Shown one piece after another: positions 14,404 to 27,706 of a stretch of DNA of 64,000 bases. Under the pieces are notes generated by a model, which was given only the letters and a program-made list of their open reading frames with translations, did not search any database and was not told where the DNA came from. The position numbers were made by a program, and so were the translations under genes. Source of the DNA: the human T2T-CHM13v2.0 reference genome, Homo sapiens; the NCBI RefSeq assembly GCF_009914755.1, contig NC_060927.1; one strand, written 5' to 3'. Position 1 is the first letter of the stretch. Every line of letters begins with the position of its first letter.

Positions 14404-15290
14404 CCCCTCACTTAAAAAAAATGGGTGCTTGGCCTTACAAATTGCTGAGATTACTCTGTCATCTTACTATTTTTATAAAAGTTTCCTTTTTTTTTTTAAA
14501 TTTTTAAGAGAGAAGTGATTTCTGAGTGAAGGAATAGCAAACCTTGACTGTGGTGAATATCTTATTTCTCCTTTAGTGTCTATATGCCCGTTTTTATGCT
14601 GCGTATATCTTATTTATCTGGCTTCCTAGGCAGTTTAGAATATGTAAAGCATTTATGCCACTGAATGTTTTTTAGAATTATAGCATCTTTAGTGAATGAC
14701 TGTACCTACGCTGAGCCATTTTATCATGCTATAAATACCAAAAAACACTAGAAATTAAAGAACAAGTTTATTTCATTTTTGTATATAAATTCTATTCCTT
14801 TTATTTTTAACTTGGATAAAGAGCTTTGTTTGTTTGTTTCTTAATCACTTCTCTTTTCTTTGTAGTGAGTAAAGAGGAGATATCAATTTGTGTGTAGATA
14901 TTAGCATTCTTATATAACAGACTCAGCCCTAGACACATAAAATACCAGCACCTACTAGCTGGTGTTGAAATGTGTGGCAAAGAGAATAATGATTTTGATT
15001 TACAAATACTTACCTGTCAAGAAACACCACCACCACCCAATCCCTTACTGTTTCTTTTCAGAAATTAATAATTTAAATTTTAATAAGCACCAGGCTTAAT
15101 GCCTCATCAAGTATTTTTTTTCTTTATTATTTATACACGTTGGTGTAGCTAGCGTGTTGACTAGCACTGGTTAGCACACTAACAAATAGAAACCAACACT
15201 ATACTCACCTTCTAGGTTCTAGGTTTATAGTTAATTAACCCAAGTTCTCCTGAAGACCAGATTTCTTCTTGTCTTGGAAGGGGTTAGAAG

Positions 15291-15783
15291 GTAATAGTCA
15301 TTTGAACATATGTCCACAAAATCTTTTTTCAGAAACTGAGGTTTAATTGTCCTCCTATTGACTGTGAGCTAGACTTCATGTCTCCTGATGAACATAATAA
15401 GGTTGAAGTGATAGTGACTTTAGAGACAATATCTCTAAAGAGACTTTCTGTCTTGGATAACTTTGAGGAAAGCCACCTGCCATGTTGTGAGGACACTCAA
15501 GCAGCCCTGTGGAGGGGCCTGTGTTGTGAGGAATGGAGGCCTCCCACTGATAGCCATATAAGTAAGCCTGGAAGTGGATCCTCTATCCCAGATTAAATAT
15601 TCAGCTGACTGCAGTGCAGCCAACACTTGACTGTAACCTCATGAGAGAACCTGAGCCAGAAGCAAGCCAACTAAACTGCTCTTACATCCATGCCCCACAG
15701 AGCCTATGAGATGATAAATGTTTGTTGTTAGAAGCCATTACGTTGTGGGATAATTTGTTACACAGTAATAGATCACTAATGCA
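15291..15783 (+). mobile_element. MLT1 (MaLR) LTR
   Basis: 'gccatgttgtgaggacactcaagcagccctgtggagggg'; 3' end 'taatttgttacacagtaatagatcactaatgca'. Confidence 0.85.
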
Positions 15784-16141
15784 CAATAATGGTGGGGGTC
15801 AGATACACAGGAACAAACTGAATCCATAAGAAGATGATGGTCCTTGGCATGCCCTTGGAATGGGGTCCAATGATGTTGCAGAACTAGGTAAGGCCTTTCT
15901 AGGGGCAGAAAAGGGAATGTTTTGGGGTTAGATTTGGTACTTAGCATCAACAAGGAAGATCTGTTCCAGTAGCATTTTAAAAAGGCCTCTCAACTAAGAC
16001 TTATTGATGGTGATGGTGCATATGTCTGTCGGTCTGCGGAAATGCAGGTGAGCAAGGGAATGCAGAACAGATGCAGAGTATACACATAGGCGTCTGATGC
16101 AGGTTCAAGTCGAGTAGCTTCCGATATGACTGTTTTCTTTA

Positions 16142-16350
<209 letters not shown>

Positions 16351-16653
16351 AAAAGAGCAATGTCGTTGGCATCCCATTCATGTTTGGGAATGGAATCTGA
16401 CTTTGCCACTTGGAAGATTGTAATCTCCATGAAGGTAGGGACATGTCTGTATTATTTACTCCCAAATGCCTGGTGTCACAGAACGTGGAAGGTTCTCAGT
16501 AGGTATTTGTTGAAAGAATAAATGAATATCATTGTATAATTTTGAGCAGATGATACAATCTTTTTAAGCCTCAATATCCTGCTCTGTACAGTGGGGATAA
16601 ATAACCCCTAACTTGCAATGTTATTGTAAGGCTTGGAGATAGTGTATTCAAAG

Positions 16654-17142
16654 CAGTAGTCCCCAGCCTTTTTGGCATCAGGGACCAGTTTTGTGGAAGA
16701 CAATTTTTCCATGGACCGGGGGTTGGGGGGATGGTTTTGGGATGAGTCAAGTGCATTACATTTATTATGCGCTATATTTCTATTATTACTATATTGCAAT
16801 ATATAATGAAATAATTATACAGTTCACCAAACTGTAGAATCAGTGGGAGCCCTGAGCTTGCTTTCCTGCAACTAAGCAGTCCCATCTGAGGGTAATGGGA
16901 GACAGTGACAGATCATCAGGCATTAGAGCCTCATAAGGAGCGGGCAACCTAGATCCCTCACGTGCACAGCCCATAATAGAATTTTTGCTCCTATGAGAAT
17001 CTAATGCTACCACTGATCTGACAGGCGGCAGAGCTCAGGCAGTAATGCTCTCTTGCCCTCCACTCACCTCCTGTTGTGCAGCTCGGTTCCTGACAGGGCA
17101 CGGACTGGCTGTGGTCTGTGTCCTGGGGGTTGGGGACCCCTG
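16654..17142. mobile_element. MER1A (hAT-Charlie), inserted in a MIR
   Basis: TIRs cagtagtcccca.../...tggggacccctg; 8-bp TSD attcaaag/atttaaag. Confidence 0.9.
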
Positions 17143-17686
17143 ATTTAAAGCACTTACACAGTAGGCAGGCATGTATTTCTCAGAATCCTCAGAATCCATT
17201 CTTGTTATGATGGTCAGAGAACGAATGTGAAGTTTTGATCATGTACTTTCTGTTTTGGCAGAATTAGCCTTGGTAATTCAGTTCCTTAAGTTGTGAGTGA
17301 TGAATTCAAGAAGTGAACTGTTGGATTTTGTTCCACATCTGGATTGTATTAAGTGGATTATTGCCAAGTTCCCACTCTACATGCTCCTTGTAGTCAAGCT
17401 AGTGTCACGCCCCTCGCATTTTTAAGAAGGTAACATTACAGTTGTGAGTCATAGTTACCCAGCAGGAAGCCACATTCCTGGGACTCAACTGATGGGGTGG
17501 CTGAGCCCAGAGCTCTTGGTCTGATGGGCCATCACTCCTTGTCTTATAATCCTCAGTCCAAGAGCATGACAGAATTATTTCTTTCTGTCACTAAGATTGT
17601 TGCAGTAAAGTAACCTAGTATAAATCTGGATATTCTGTAAAAACAATTCACTTCTACCTTTGTGCTGTAAATAATTATGAGCATTA

Positions 17687-18078
<392 letters not shown>

Positions 18079-18632
18079 TTATGTGAAATTTAAGGAACTG
18101 GACATCCCCTGTTTTGGTTCAGAATTTTTCTTGGAACCACTAGCAGGTGGAGTTTTCTGATAAATCTTACTGTCTCTATCAGTGTCACCCCTGTTTGAAT
18201 AGGAACCCTCACAAGAGGATCCATGTTTATGTCAGATTTTATTCTGTCCCATTTTGTGTAGCTGGGCTGTGATTCAAGGTGAAATTCTTAGGAAAGGAAA
18301 TCTTGTGTAGTAGGTAGGGGCTAATCTTCACCACACAAGCTCCTGCCTTTCTGCCATTCAGAAGTAGAGACCTAGAAGAGATAAGAAATGGGGAGCTAAG
18401 AAATACATTGCTGGCCTTCTGCAGTACTCGCCTATCAGTATTTTCACTGTCTCTTCCTGGAAGTATCGTTTTAAATCTATTGCACAAAGTCAGACAAATA
18501 GGTTTATTTGAGTCAATGATTCTTTTATAGCGATATGGCGATGTTTTATGGAGGCTCAGAGTTATCTTGCAAGTCTGGGCCAAGTTGTAACTTGAAAGAA
18601 AACCCAAAGCTAAGATGGTGAATTTTAAATAA

Positions 18633-18634
<2 letters not shown>

Positions 18635-18669
<35 letters not shown>
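18635..18669. repeat. (CA)n microsatellite
   Basis: About 17 CA units. Confidence 0.97.
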
Positions 18670-18671
<2 letters not shown>

Positions 18672-18701
18672 CACAAATATATTGAAGACTTTGTTTTTCT
18701 A

Positions 18702-19002
<301 letters not shown>

Positions 19003-19803
19003 AAGATTTTGTTTTTCTAAAAATGAATTATGGATATGAAACTCTTTTAGTTGGAATTTTATGTATGAATTTGAGAGGTCCAGAAAATGAAATAAAAATA
19101 GACTTATATTGGAAAGGATTAGAATTCTAGCTCTTAACGCCTTTTTACTTTTTTTTTTTTTTGGCCAAGTAAAATGGCTAATTATACTGGGAACTAGAAA
19201 CAGGTGGCTGTGTATCTTAGTAAATAAAGAACGATGTTAACCTCTCCAGAATGCTGGTGACTATTGAGTTTGGCCAGAAAATCCTATAAAGGAGAAAGAG
19301 TTGCAGAGTGTAATAAACTCCCAGATGCTCGATAAAAACCTCTGTTCCTCTTATGCCGGCTGGTGAAGATCAAGGGCGCCGCAGCAGAGCTGCTGAAGGC
19401 TCCTTACTGGTGTGAAGGTGATGAGATTTCTCTTCTGTTATCTGTCTGAATTACTTCTGGGCTTGACAGAGATGGGAACTCTCATTTGATAGCAATTCAC
19501 AGACTTTGGATATCTTATTTCCCTTAAGTTAAACTTACCAGTCTTCATTTGCCAAATAATTTCCCCTTCTGGGAAGGGTGTGTGGCAAATCTGACAAGCT
19601 TGTGTTCAGTTCTCTGCTGTTACTATGAGGCTAGGGGACTTGGAGCAGGCAGCCTAGCCTCTCTGTGCCATCTTTTCTTGCATCTAGCAATGGAAGAAAG
19701 GAAAACCAGCCTTTGTAGGGTTGTGATGAAGGTGAAATGAGATGATAAACACCAGGTACCTGGCAGGTGGTTTTACTGTCGCTGGTTTTCTCAAAACCTA
19801 AGG

Positions 19804-20004
19804 CAGAGTTGCTGAAACTCAGCACTATTGACATTTTGGGCTGGATAATTATTTGTTATTATCCAAAGGTTATTACCCAGCATCTGGGAGGACCATCCTG
19901 TTCATCGTAGGGTGTTTAGTAACATCTATCCTAGATGCCAGTAGCACACTCATCCTCTTTGTAATACCAGAGATGTCTCAAGAGTAATTTGTTTCTGACC
20001 ACTG
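19804..20004 (-). mobile_element. MER20
   Basis: 'agcactattgacattttgggctggataatt', 'ctagatgccagtagca', end 'gaccactg'. Confidence 0.8.
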
Positions 20005-20827
20005 ACAGAAGCCTACTTAAGAAAAGCTGACAGCTGATGTCAGGTGTTTTCTTTGTTCAAAAATGGTGTAGAACAGTACTTGGAGTGAATGGGTGACTTC
20101 AATTTAGTAATTGTTTTTACATTTAGTAAAGAAATTATGTAATGGTAGTGTCTCCTCTCCCTTACCCCCCCAATTCATTTGAATTAATAATTTAAAAAGT
20201 ACTTTTAAAACTTAGACCCAGCCATCTGTTCCTTCCTGTTGCCTTACAGCAGCAGTAATTGCTTTAGGATGGGCTTGGAAACAAGAGCGGAAATGGTCTC
20301 CAGTGACCCCAAATCATAACAGAACTCGAATCCTAAGAAAAACCACAAGTGGCTTATGAATAAGCTGAAAACTTAAATGCCTCCTCAACAATTTAAATTT
20401 GGATTGCATAGCTTATGGATTTGGTGGGACATTCTAACCTCGATGTATCTTTAACATTTTCTGCTTTTAAGATGCAAAGGCGTTAACATAGGGATGGAGA
20501 GAAAACTTCCTTCTAAGTTTTCCTAGAAAGTCTGGCACCTTTGACATAGCTATAACAGAAAGAAAAATATATATATGTATTTGGTACTGGTTCTAGATAA
20601 TGCCATTAATTAGATTTAAAATGATGCTTATAGCAAGCATATGTACAACGTAATATGTTCCAGCTACGACTCTAAGCACTTTTCCCATTTTAATTCACTT
20701 GCTTCTCAGAACAGTTCTATGAGGGAGGCTCTATTAGGCCTGACTCATGCTCGGCATTTTGTACACGAGGAAACTAAAGCAAGGCAAAGTCGACTGCCCA
20801 GAATTACCGGCTAATAAATGTCAGTCT

Positions 20828-20974
20828 TGCCTGGTGCTGCACACCTGCAGTCCCAGGTACTTAGGAGGCTGAGGTGGGAGGATCTCTTGAGCCCAGGAGT
20901 TTGAATCTAACTGGGAAACATAGTGAGACTTTGTCTCTTTAAACAAAATTTTTTTAATTAAAAAAAAAAAAAAA
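20828..20974 (+). mobile_element. Alu monomer (FLAM-like) inside an antisense MIR
   Basis: Monomer plus poly-A; gtcagtct repeated on both flanks. Confidence 0.8.
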
Positions 20975-21036
20975 GTCAGTCTGGCTACTAGTCTTTTAAG
21001 TCCATTCTGCTGATTCTAAGACTTGATCCACAAGAC

Positions 21037-21296
21037 CAGGGATTGGCAAACCATGGCCCATGGGCAAACATCTGGCCTACTGCCTATTTTTTTGTAAATA
21101 AAGTTTTATTGGTCAAGGTGTAGGGGTGGGAAAAAAGTTTTATTGGAATAGAGCCCCTGCTATTTGTTGACTTATTGTCTATGGCTGTTTTCTTGCTACA
21201 ACAGTAGAAATGAGTGGTTGCAACAGAGACCATATGGCTTGCCAAGCCTAAAATATTTACTGTCTGGCTGTTAGCAGAGTGAGTCTGCCTACCCAT
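21037..21296. mobile_element. MER58A (hAT-Charlie)
   Basis: 'cagggattggcaaac', 'gtaaataaagttttattgg', 'aagcctaaaatatttactgtctggc'. Confidence 0.85.
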
Positions 21297-24200
21297 ACAG
21301 AAGACCATTCTCATCCATATGTATAGTCCAGAAAGGTAGGAACAAATTTTTAAAAATCTTAATTCCATATACTTCCAAATAAGATTGAGTTAAAACTCAT
21401 ACATTGAAGGTCCAAGTATTTGGTGCCATTCTCCAGTGTTATGATGAATGTGAAATCATTTACAGGACACCCCTCTATCAGGCATTTGGGGGAAGAGAAA
21501 GGAACAGATAAACATGTGAAAAATGGGAGAGTGTGTGAACTCTCTATAGTACTCTAGAAAGCCCGGCTTTAACTCTGCAAAATTTGAAAATAGCAATCTT
21601 AAACTTTCTGTTTTTCTCGCTGCTTTTCTGCAACAGCTTCAGAATAGAAACTGACAGGCCCATTTTAGTAGAAAGCAAATGGCAGTGTGTGGGTGGCGCC
21701 TTATAACACAGCAACTCAAGGTTAGGTCGGGGGAGACCAAGAATTGAGTTTCTTTTGTTAAATCAGAAATTATGCAAATTTTACAAAAAGTATTAGAGGA
21801 AATGTGTAAGGCTTTAATTGGTTTTATGGGTTTGTCGCTTTTTTTTAAAAAAGGTTACTTTGTGAACATTACCCTCTGCTGAACATGTAGACACTTCCTG
21901 AAGTTTAATGAGATCTCAGAGTAGAATCACAACAAATGTGACTCTCAGATATTTTCAAGAGATGGTATTATCTTGGGCTGAAAGTATGTTACACTAAGGC
22001 TGTCATTTCTTAGGAGGATTTACTCTACCACACAAGCTCCTCTATCTGAAATTATGATGAGCCCCAACATAGAGCTTTTTGCTTATACTAAATTCAGAGA
22101 ATACTTAGTATTTGCTAAATCAGTGGTGGCCTACTTTTTAAAGCTCATTTATTACACTGAACTTTAGATAATATAGAAATGCTTTCTAATTACAGTTTTG
22201 TCCCCTGGTAAAACTAACACTGTGCATTGCGTTTGTATTATTGACATTACCTTCTAGGGCCTTGAGTGAAGGATGCTGAGCTGCGCTGCTCTCTAGGATT
22301 GGTTATTTTAAACTTTGATTTTTGCTTGAGAGTGGACTAAGGTAGTGTAGTTAAATAAAAAGTATGAGCAGAAGTGTTTGTTTCAGGCAAGATTTTTTCA
22401 GGGCCTCATTTCCAGTGGGGTTGATGGATGATTTTTGTGGCTTAGAGCTTGAGACATTATGAGTTGTTCACCGAGACCCAGAATCAGGTCAGAGGACTGA
22501 CTCCAAATACTGTAATGTGCTTGGATGCTGGTACCGGTATCAAGAGGCTCAGAGGAACATTGGATGTGTCTGTCCCTAGTAATGACAGCACAGTCACAGC
22601 TGGTCTGTGGCTTAACAGTGTCTGCAGGGGCATCCATTCCCATCCCTCTTACTCCTTCTTACTTCTCTTCCTAGACTTTACTGTCTCTGTTAATTACAGT
22701 TCCATTTCAGATAGAGAGTTAATTGATTTAAGTTTATGACTGGACCCCCGTGCCTGCAGTGTATTGTTGAATGAATGGATGTTTTGATTTTTTCTTCTCC
22801 TTTGAAGCAAGGAATTTACTGCTTGGAACTATGCTGCACAGGTTTTTCTTAACGTTCTGTAGGATACACATTACTTTTTCTACTATGTGTCTTTTATTGC
22901 TGCAAAAGTCAGTTGTACTTGAGACAGTTTGGCACTGAGAGGGGAATGTGGCATATCTTGGCACTGTGGACAGCTGGTTGGGTGTTGATGTGGTGACAGG
23001 GAGGAGGGAAGGGCTCACAGACCAGACACGTGCTGCCTTTGAATGCAGGTGGTGATCAGTGTGCTTAGTCATGTAGGGCTGCTCTTCGTGGAAGAGGTAG
23101 CTTGGTAGGGTGGTTGAGTTTCAGTACTGGAGTCGGCAGAACTAGACTTCTGTCCCCACCCTGGCTCACTAGCTGTTTGACATTGGACACCTTGATTCAA
23201 TCCCTTTGAACATTAGTCTCCTTGTCTCTTTGATGGGGATAAATATCTGCTTCACACATAGCCCTGTGGGAAGATGTGAAAAGCCCAACTCTGGGTGTGT
23301 TAGGGGCAGATAAATGCTGAGTGTTAGCTTTCCTTTAGCCGAATCTGAACTGATTGAATTGCATTGGGACTCAGTTTGTAGTCAGTGACTTATGTTCAAA
23401 AACTTGGGAAGACCCAGGAGGGGGTTGACTTATCCCGAAAAATCAGGTTCTTTTTGAAAATGTGTTAATTCTTTCAGGCCAGCAAGGTGTCATCTAAGAA
23501 TGTCTGCCAGTAACTAGTTCCCAGGGAGTCTTAAAGATGTCACTGTAGCTTTCAGACATACCTGAGTTACTCTTAAGAGCACCTTGCCTTGTAGGAATCC
23601 ATTTTGTGATATTTGTTTAAATTATGTCACAGCGCATTGCAGACTTGTAATCTGTTTTCAAAATGGTATTGTCTGCGCCCTTATTGATCAGCGCGACATC
23701 TTTTACTTGCTTATCTCTGCTTTCCATATGGTCATACTCCAAAGCTAGACCTAGAGCAGACCCACTAACTCATTAACCTCTCTGACACGAAATAGAAACC
23801 TTCTAGAAGGGGACCAGCTATGGGAGGCAGAGTTCTTAAAATCTCTCGCAGTCCCCCGGCATTTTCCTGAGCCTCCGGTTGTAGGTATTAGACTGGGCGC
23901 GAGTTTTCACAACACGGGGAATTTGTCATGGTTGAGTCTGCTGTCGTTTGAAATACTGCTTAGTTCTTTAAGATATAATTAAGTAGAATCGCAGAAAAGA
24001 GACCTTCGTTGGCATTTTTTGTTTGTGTTGTGACTATCAAAATCCCTGCTCTCCGGAGGCTTGCCCTGACTTGGGGTGGGGAGTGTGACGTAGAGACACT
24101 GCGAAGCCGGAGCGATCAGGTTAGGTGAGGCCATGCTTAAGTTGGATTCGTTGAAAATATGATTCAATTTGAGAACATGGTAGTGCCCATTTCCAAGCTG

Positions 24201-24303
24201 TCACAGAGTCCAGGAGATGGGGAATAAAAAATCTTCGGCATCTCTCGGGGAAGATTATTTTGTTTGAGGTCTTAGGACTTCTCCTGATACTGTATGAACT
24301 TTC

Positions 24304-26036
24304 TTTTTTTTTTTTTTTTTTAATTGATCATTCTTGGGTGTTTCTCGCAGAGGGGGATTTGGCAGGGTCACAGGACAATAGTGGAGGGAAGGTCAGCAGA
24401 TAAACAAGTGAACAAAGGTCTCTGGTTTTCCTAGGCAGAGGACCCTGCGGCCTTCTGCAGTGTTTGTGTCCCTGGGTACTTGAGACTAGGGAGTGGTGAT
24501 GACTCGTAAGGAGCATGCTGCCTTCAAGCATCTGTTTAACAAAGCACATCTTGCACCGCCCTTAATCCATTCAACCCTGAGTGGATATAGCACATGTTTC
24601 AGAGAGCACAGGGTTGGGGGTAAGGTCACAGATCAACAGGATCCCAAGGCAGAAGAATTTTTCTTAGTACAGAACAAAATGAAAAGTCTCCCATGTCTAC
24701 CTCTTTCTACACAGACACGGCAACCATCCGATTTCTCAATCTTTTCCCCACCTTTCCCCCCTTTCTATTCCACAAAACCGCCATTGTCATCATGGCCCGT
24801 TCTCAATGAGCTGTTGGGTACACCTCGCAGACGGGGTGGTGGCCGGGCAGAGGGGCTCCTCACTTCCCAGTAGGGGCGGCCGGGCAGAGGCGCCCCTCAC
24901 CTCCCAGACGGGGCGGCTGGCCGGGCGGGGGGCTGACCCCCCCACCTCCCTCCCGGATGGGGCGGCTGGCCGGGCAGAGGGGCTCCTCACTTCCCAGTAG
25001 GGGCGGCCGGGCAGAGGCGCCCCTCACCTCCCGGACTGGGCGGCTGGATGGGCGGGGGGGGCTGATCCCCCCACCTCCCTCCCGGACGAGGTGGCTGCTG
25101 GGCGGAGATGCTCCTCACTTCCCAGACGGGGTGGCTGCTGGGCGGAGGGGCTCCTCACTTCTCAGACGGGGCGGCTGCCGGGCGGAGGGGCTCCTCACTT
25201 CTCGGACGGGGCGGTTGCCAGGCAGAGGGTCTCCTCACTTCTCAGACGGGGCGGCTGGGCAGAGACGCTCCTCACATCCCGGACGGGGCAGCAGGGCAGA
25301 GGTGCTCCCCACATCTCAGACGATGGGCGGCCGGGCAGAGATGCTCCTCACTTCCCAGATGTGATGGCGGCCGGGAAGAGGCGCTCCTCACTTCCTAGAT
25401 GGGATGGCGGCCGGGCAGAGACGCTCCTCACTTTCCAGACTGGGCAGCCAGGCAGAGGGGCTCCTCACATCCCAGACGATGGGCGGCCAGGCGGAGACGC
25501 TCCTCACTTCCCAGACGGGGTGGCGGCCGGGCAGAGGCTGCAATCTCAGCACTTTGGGAGGCCAAGGCAGGCTGCTGGGAGGTGGAGGTTGTAGCGAGCC
25601 GAGATCACGCCACTGCACTCCAGCCTGGGCACCATTGAGCACTGAGTGAACGAGACTCCGTCTGCAATCCCGGCACCTCGGGAGGCCGAGGCTGGCGGAT
25701 CACTCGCGGTTAGGAGCTGGAGACCAGCCCGGCCAACACAGCGAAACCCCGTCTCCACCAAAAAAATAAGAAAACCAGTCAGGCATGGCGGCGCGCGCCT
25801 GCAATTGCAGGCACTCGGCAGGCTGAGGCAGGAGAATCAGGCAGGGAGGTTGCAGTGAGCCGAGATGGCAGCAGTACCGTCCAGCTTCGGCTCGGCATCA
25901 GAGGGAGACCGTGGAAAGAGAGGGAGAGGGAGACTGTGGGGAGAGGGAGAGGGAGAGGGAGAAGAGGGAGAGGGAGAGAGGGAGAGAGAGGGAGAGAGGG
26001 GGAGAGAGAGGGAGAGAGAGAGGGAGAGGGAGAGGG
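24304..26036 (-). mobile_element. SVA retrotransposon, near full length (likely a younger D-F type)
   Basis: Poly-T 24304-24321; SINE-R ~24322-24826; GC-rich VNTR ~24827-25540; Alu-like region ~25540-25900; (CCCTCT)n hexamer seen as (AGAGGG)n to 26036. Confidence 0.97.
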
Positions 26037-26075
26037 CTCTTAAGGGTCCATCATGTTTTGGAGTCTAAAAGTTGG

Positions 26076-26402
26076 GACCAGGTGTGGGGGCACAACACCT
26101 GCAATCCTAGCACCTTGGGAGGCCAAGGCAGGAGGATTCTTGATTGGCCCAGGAGTTTGAGACCAGCCTGTGTGACATGGTGAGACTGTCTCTGCAAAAT
26201 ATAAAAAATTAGCTGGGTGTGGTGGTGCGTGCCCGTAGTCCTAGCTACTCGGAGAGACTGAGGTGGAGTGTATCACTCGAGCCTGGGAAGTCGAGGCTGT
26301 AGTAAGTGGCGATCGTGGCACCTGCACTCCAACCTAGGCAACAGAGCGATACTCTGTCTCAAAATAAAATGGAAGAAAAAAGATAAAACAAATAAATAAC
26401 AA
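26076..26402 (+). mobile_element. AluJ
   Basis: Diverged dimer with A-rich tail. Confidence 0.9.
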
Positions 26403-26799
26403 GCTATAAGTTGTCCCTGCATGTAAAACAAAAATTGTTCCTGCATGTGAATCACAGTCTTTGCGCTTTCTGGAAAGTAATAGAAATTTCTGTGGATGAG
26501 CCACTTGGCAAAGGTTATTTCTAAAACTCTGTGTTAGAGATTTTTGGTAAATAACAAAGAGCCTGAATGGTCCCATGGGATAAAACACCAGCTCAAGACT
26601 TTACAAAGTGGGGCTCTCATTGAGGTAGTTCTCAGTCTGCAAAATGAAGATGATACACCTTAGATGGTATATATTTCAATGCTATTATTATTGAGAGCCA
26701 GTTTGGCATTAGGCATCACACTGAGTACAAATTTATTTCTACATGTTCTTCTTTTAAAATATGGAATTCTTTTATTATTGTTTGTACTAGTTTATTATT

Positions 26800-26946
26800 A
26801 CTGTTTGTATAAATCTATGCAAGTACAAGTGCAATTGTGTTACATGCATAGATTATGGAGTGATCAACTTGGGACTTTTAGGGTATCCACCACCCGAGTA
26901 ATGTACCTTATACCCAGTAAGTAATTTCTTATCATCTAACCCCCTT
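26800..26946 (-). mobile_element. L1 (L1PB/L1MA-like) 3'-end fragment
   Basis: 'gtacaagtgcaattgtgttacatgcata...gggtatccaccacccgagtaatgtac'. Confidence 0.75.
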
Positions 26947-27054
26947 TCTGACTATTGAACTCTGAGCAACACTTGACTGGATTGGGAGGATTGGAGTAAG
27001 AAGAATGTACATTCCTTATGTTAAGATGTGGTAGGAAATAGAAACTTGGCTTTG

Positions 27055-27393
27055 TCCATAAAAACGTGTGAGTTCATGTCCTTTTCAGGAACATGGATGA
27101 AGCTGGAAACCCTCATTCTCAGCAAACTCAGGAACAGAAAACCAAACACTGCTTGTTGTCATAAGTGGGAGTTGAACAAAGAGAAAACATGGACACAGGG
27201 AGGGGAACATCACACACTGGCGTCTTTGTGGGGTGGGTGGGGTAGGGGAGGGATAGCATTAGGAGAAATACCTAACGTAGATGACGGGTTGATGGGTGCA
27301 GCAAACCACCATGGCACGTGTATACCTATGTAACAAACCTGCACGTTCTGCACATGTATCCCAGAACAAGTATAATAATAATAAAAAAAAAAA
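27055..27393 (+). mobile_element. 5'-truncated L1PA (about PA7-like) 3' end
   Basis: L1 3'UTR plus poly-A; TSD agaaacttggctttg/agaaacatggctttg. Confidence 0.93.
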
Positions 27394-27552
27394 AGAAACA
27401 TGGCTTTGCATGAGAAAAGCCTATTGAATGTCTCAGAGATGGACATGTTAATGTTGCCTTGAGTAGAAAGATCTGGATACTGATCTCCAGCTCCCCGCTC
27501 TTTCAGTTTTGGATTCTACTGTTACCTAATGTGTTTAAAGCCATATTGGTTA

Positions 27553-27706
27553 GCAGGGAGTAGTGATCCCAGCTACTCAGGAGGCTGAGGTGGGAGGATT
27601 GCTTGAACCCAGGAGGTGGAGGCTGCAGTCAGCTGAGATCGCCCCACTGCCCTCCAGCCTGGGCGATAGAGTGAGACTCCATCTCAAAAAAAAAAAAAAA
27701 AAAAAA
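27553..27706 (+). mobile_element. 5'-truncated Alu (right monomer)
   Basis: Right arm plus poly-A; TSD aaagccatatt on both flanks. Confidence 0.9.

Noticed and set aside
24827-25540. Repeat array superficially like CRISPR or a CpG-island promoter
   Set aside because: It is the SVA VNTR: tandem units with no unique spacers, in eukaryotic DNA
24328-26183. Dense cluster of overlapping ORFs up to 167 aa
   Set aside because: All lie in the GC-rich SVA VNTR, Alu-like and hexamer regions, which have few stop codons; not genes
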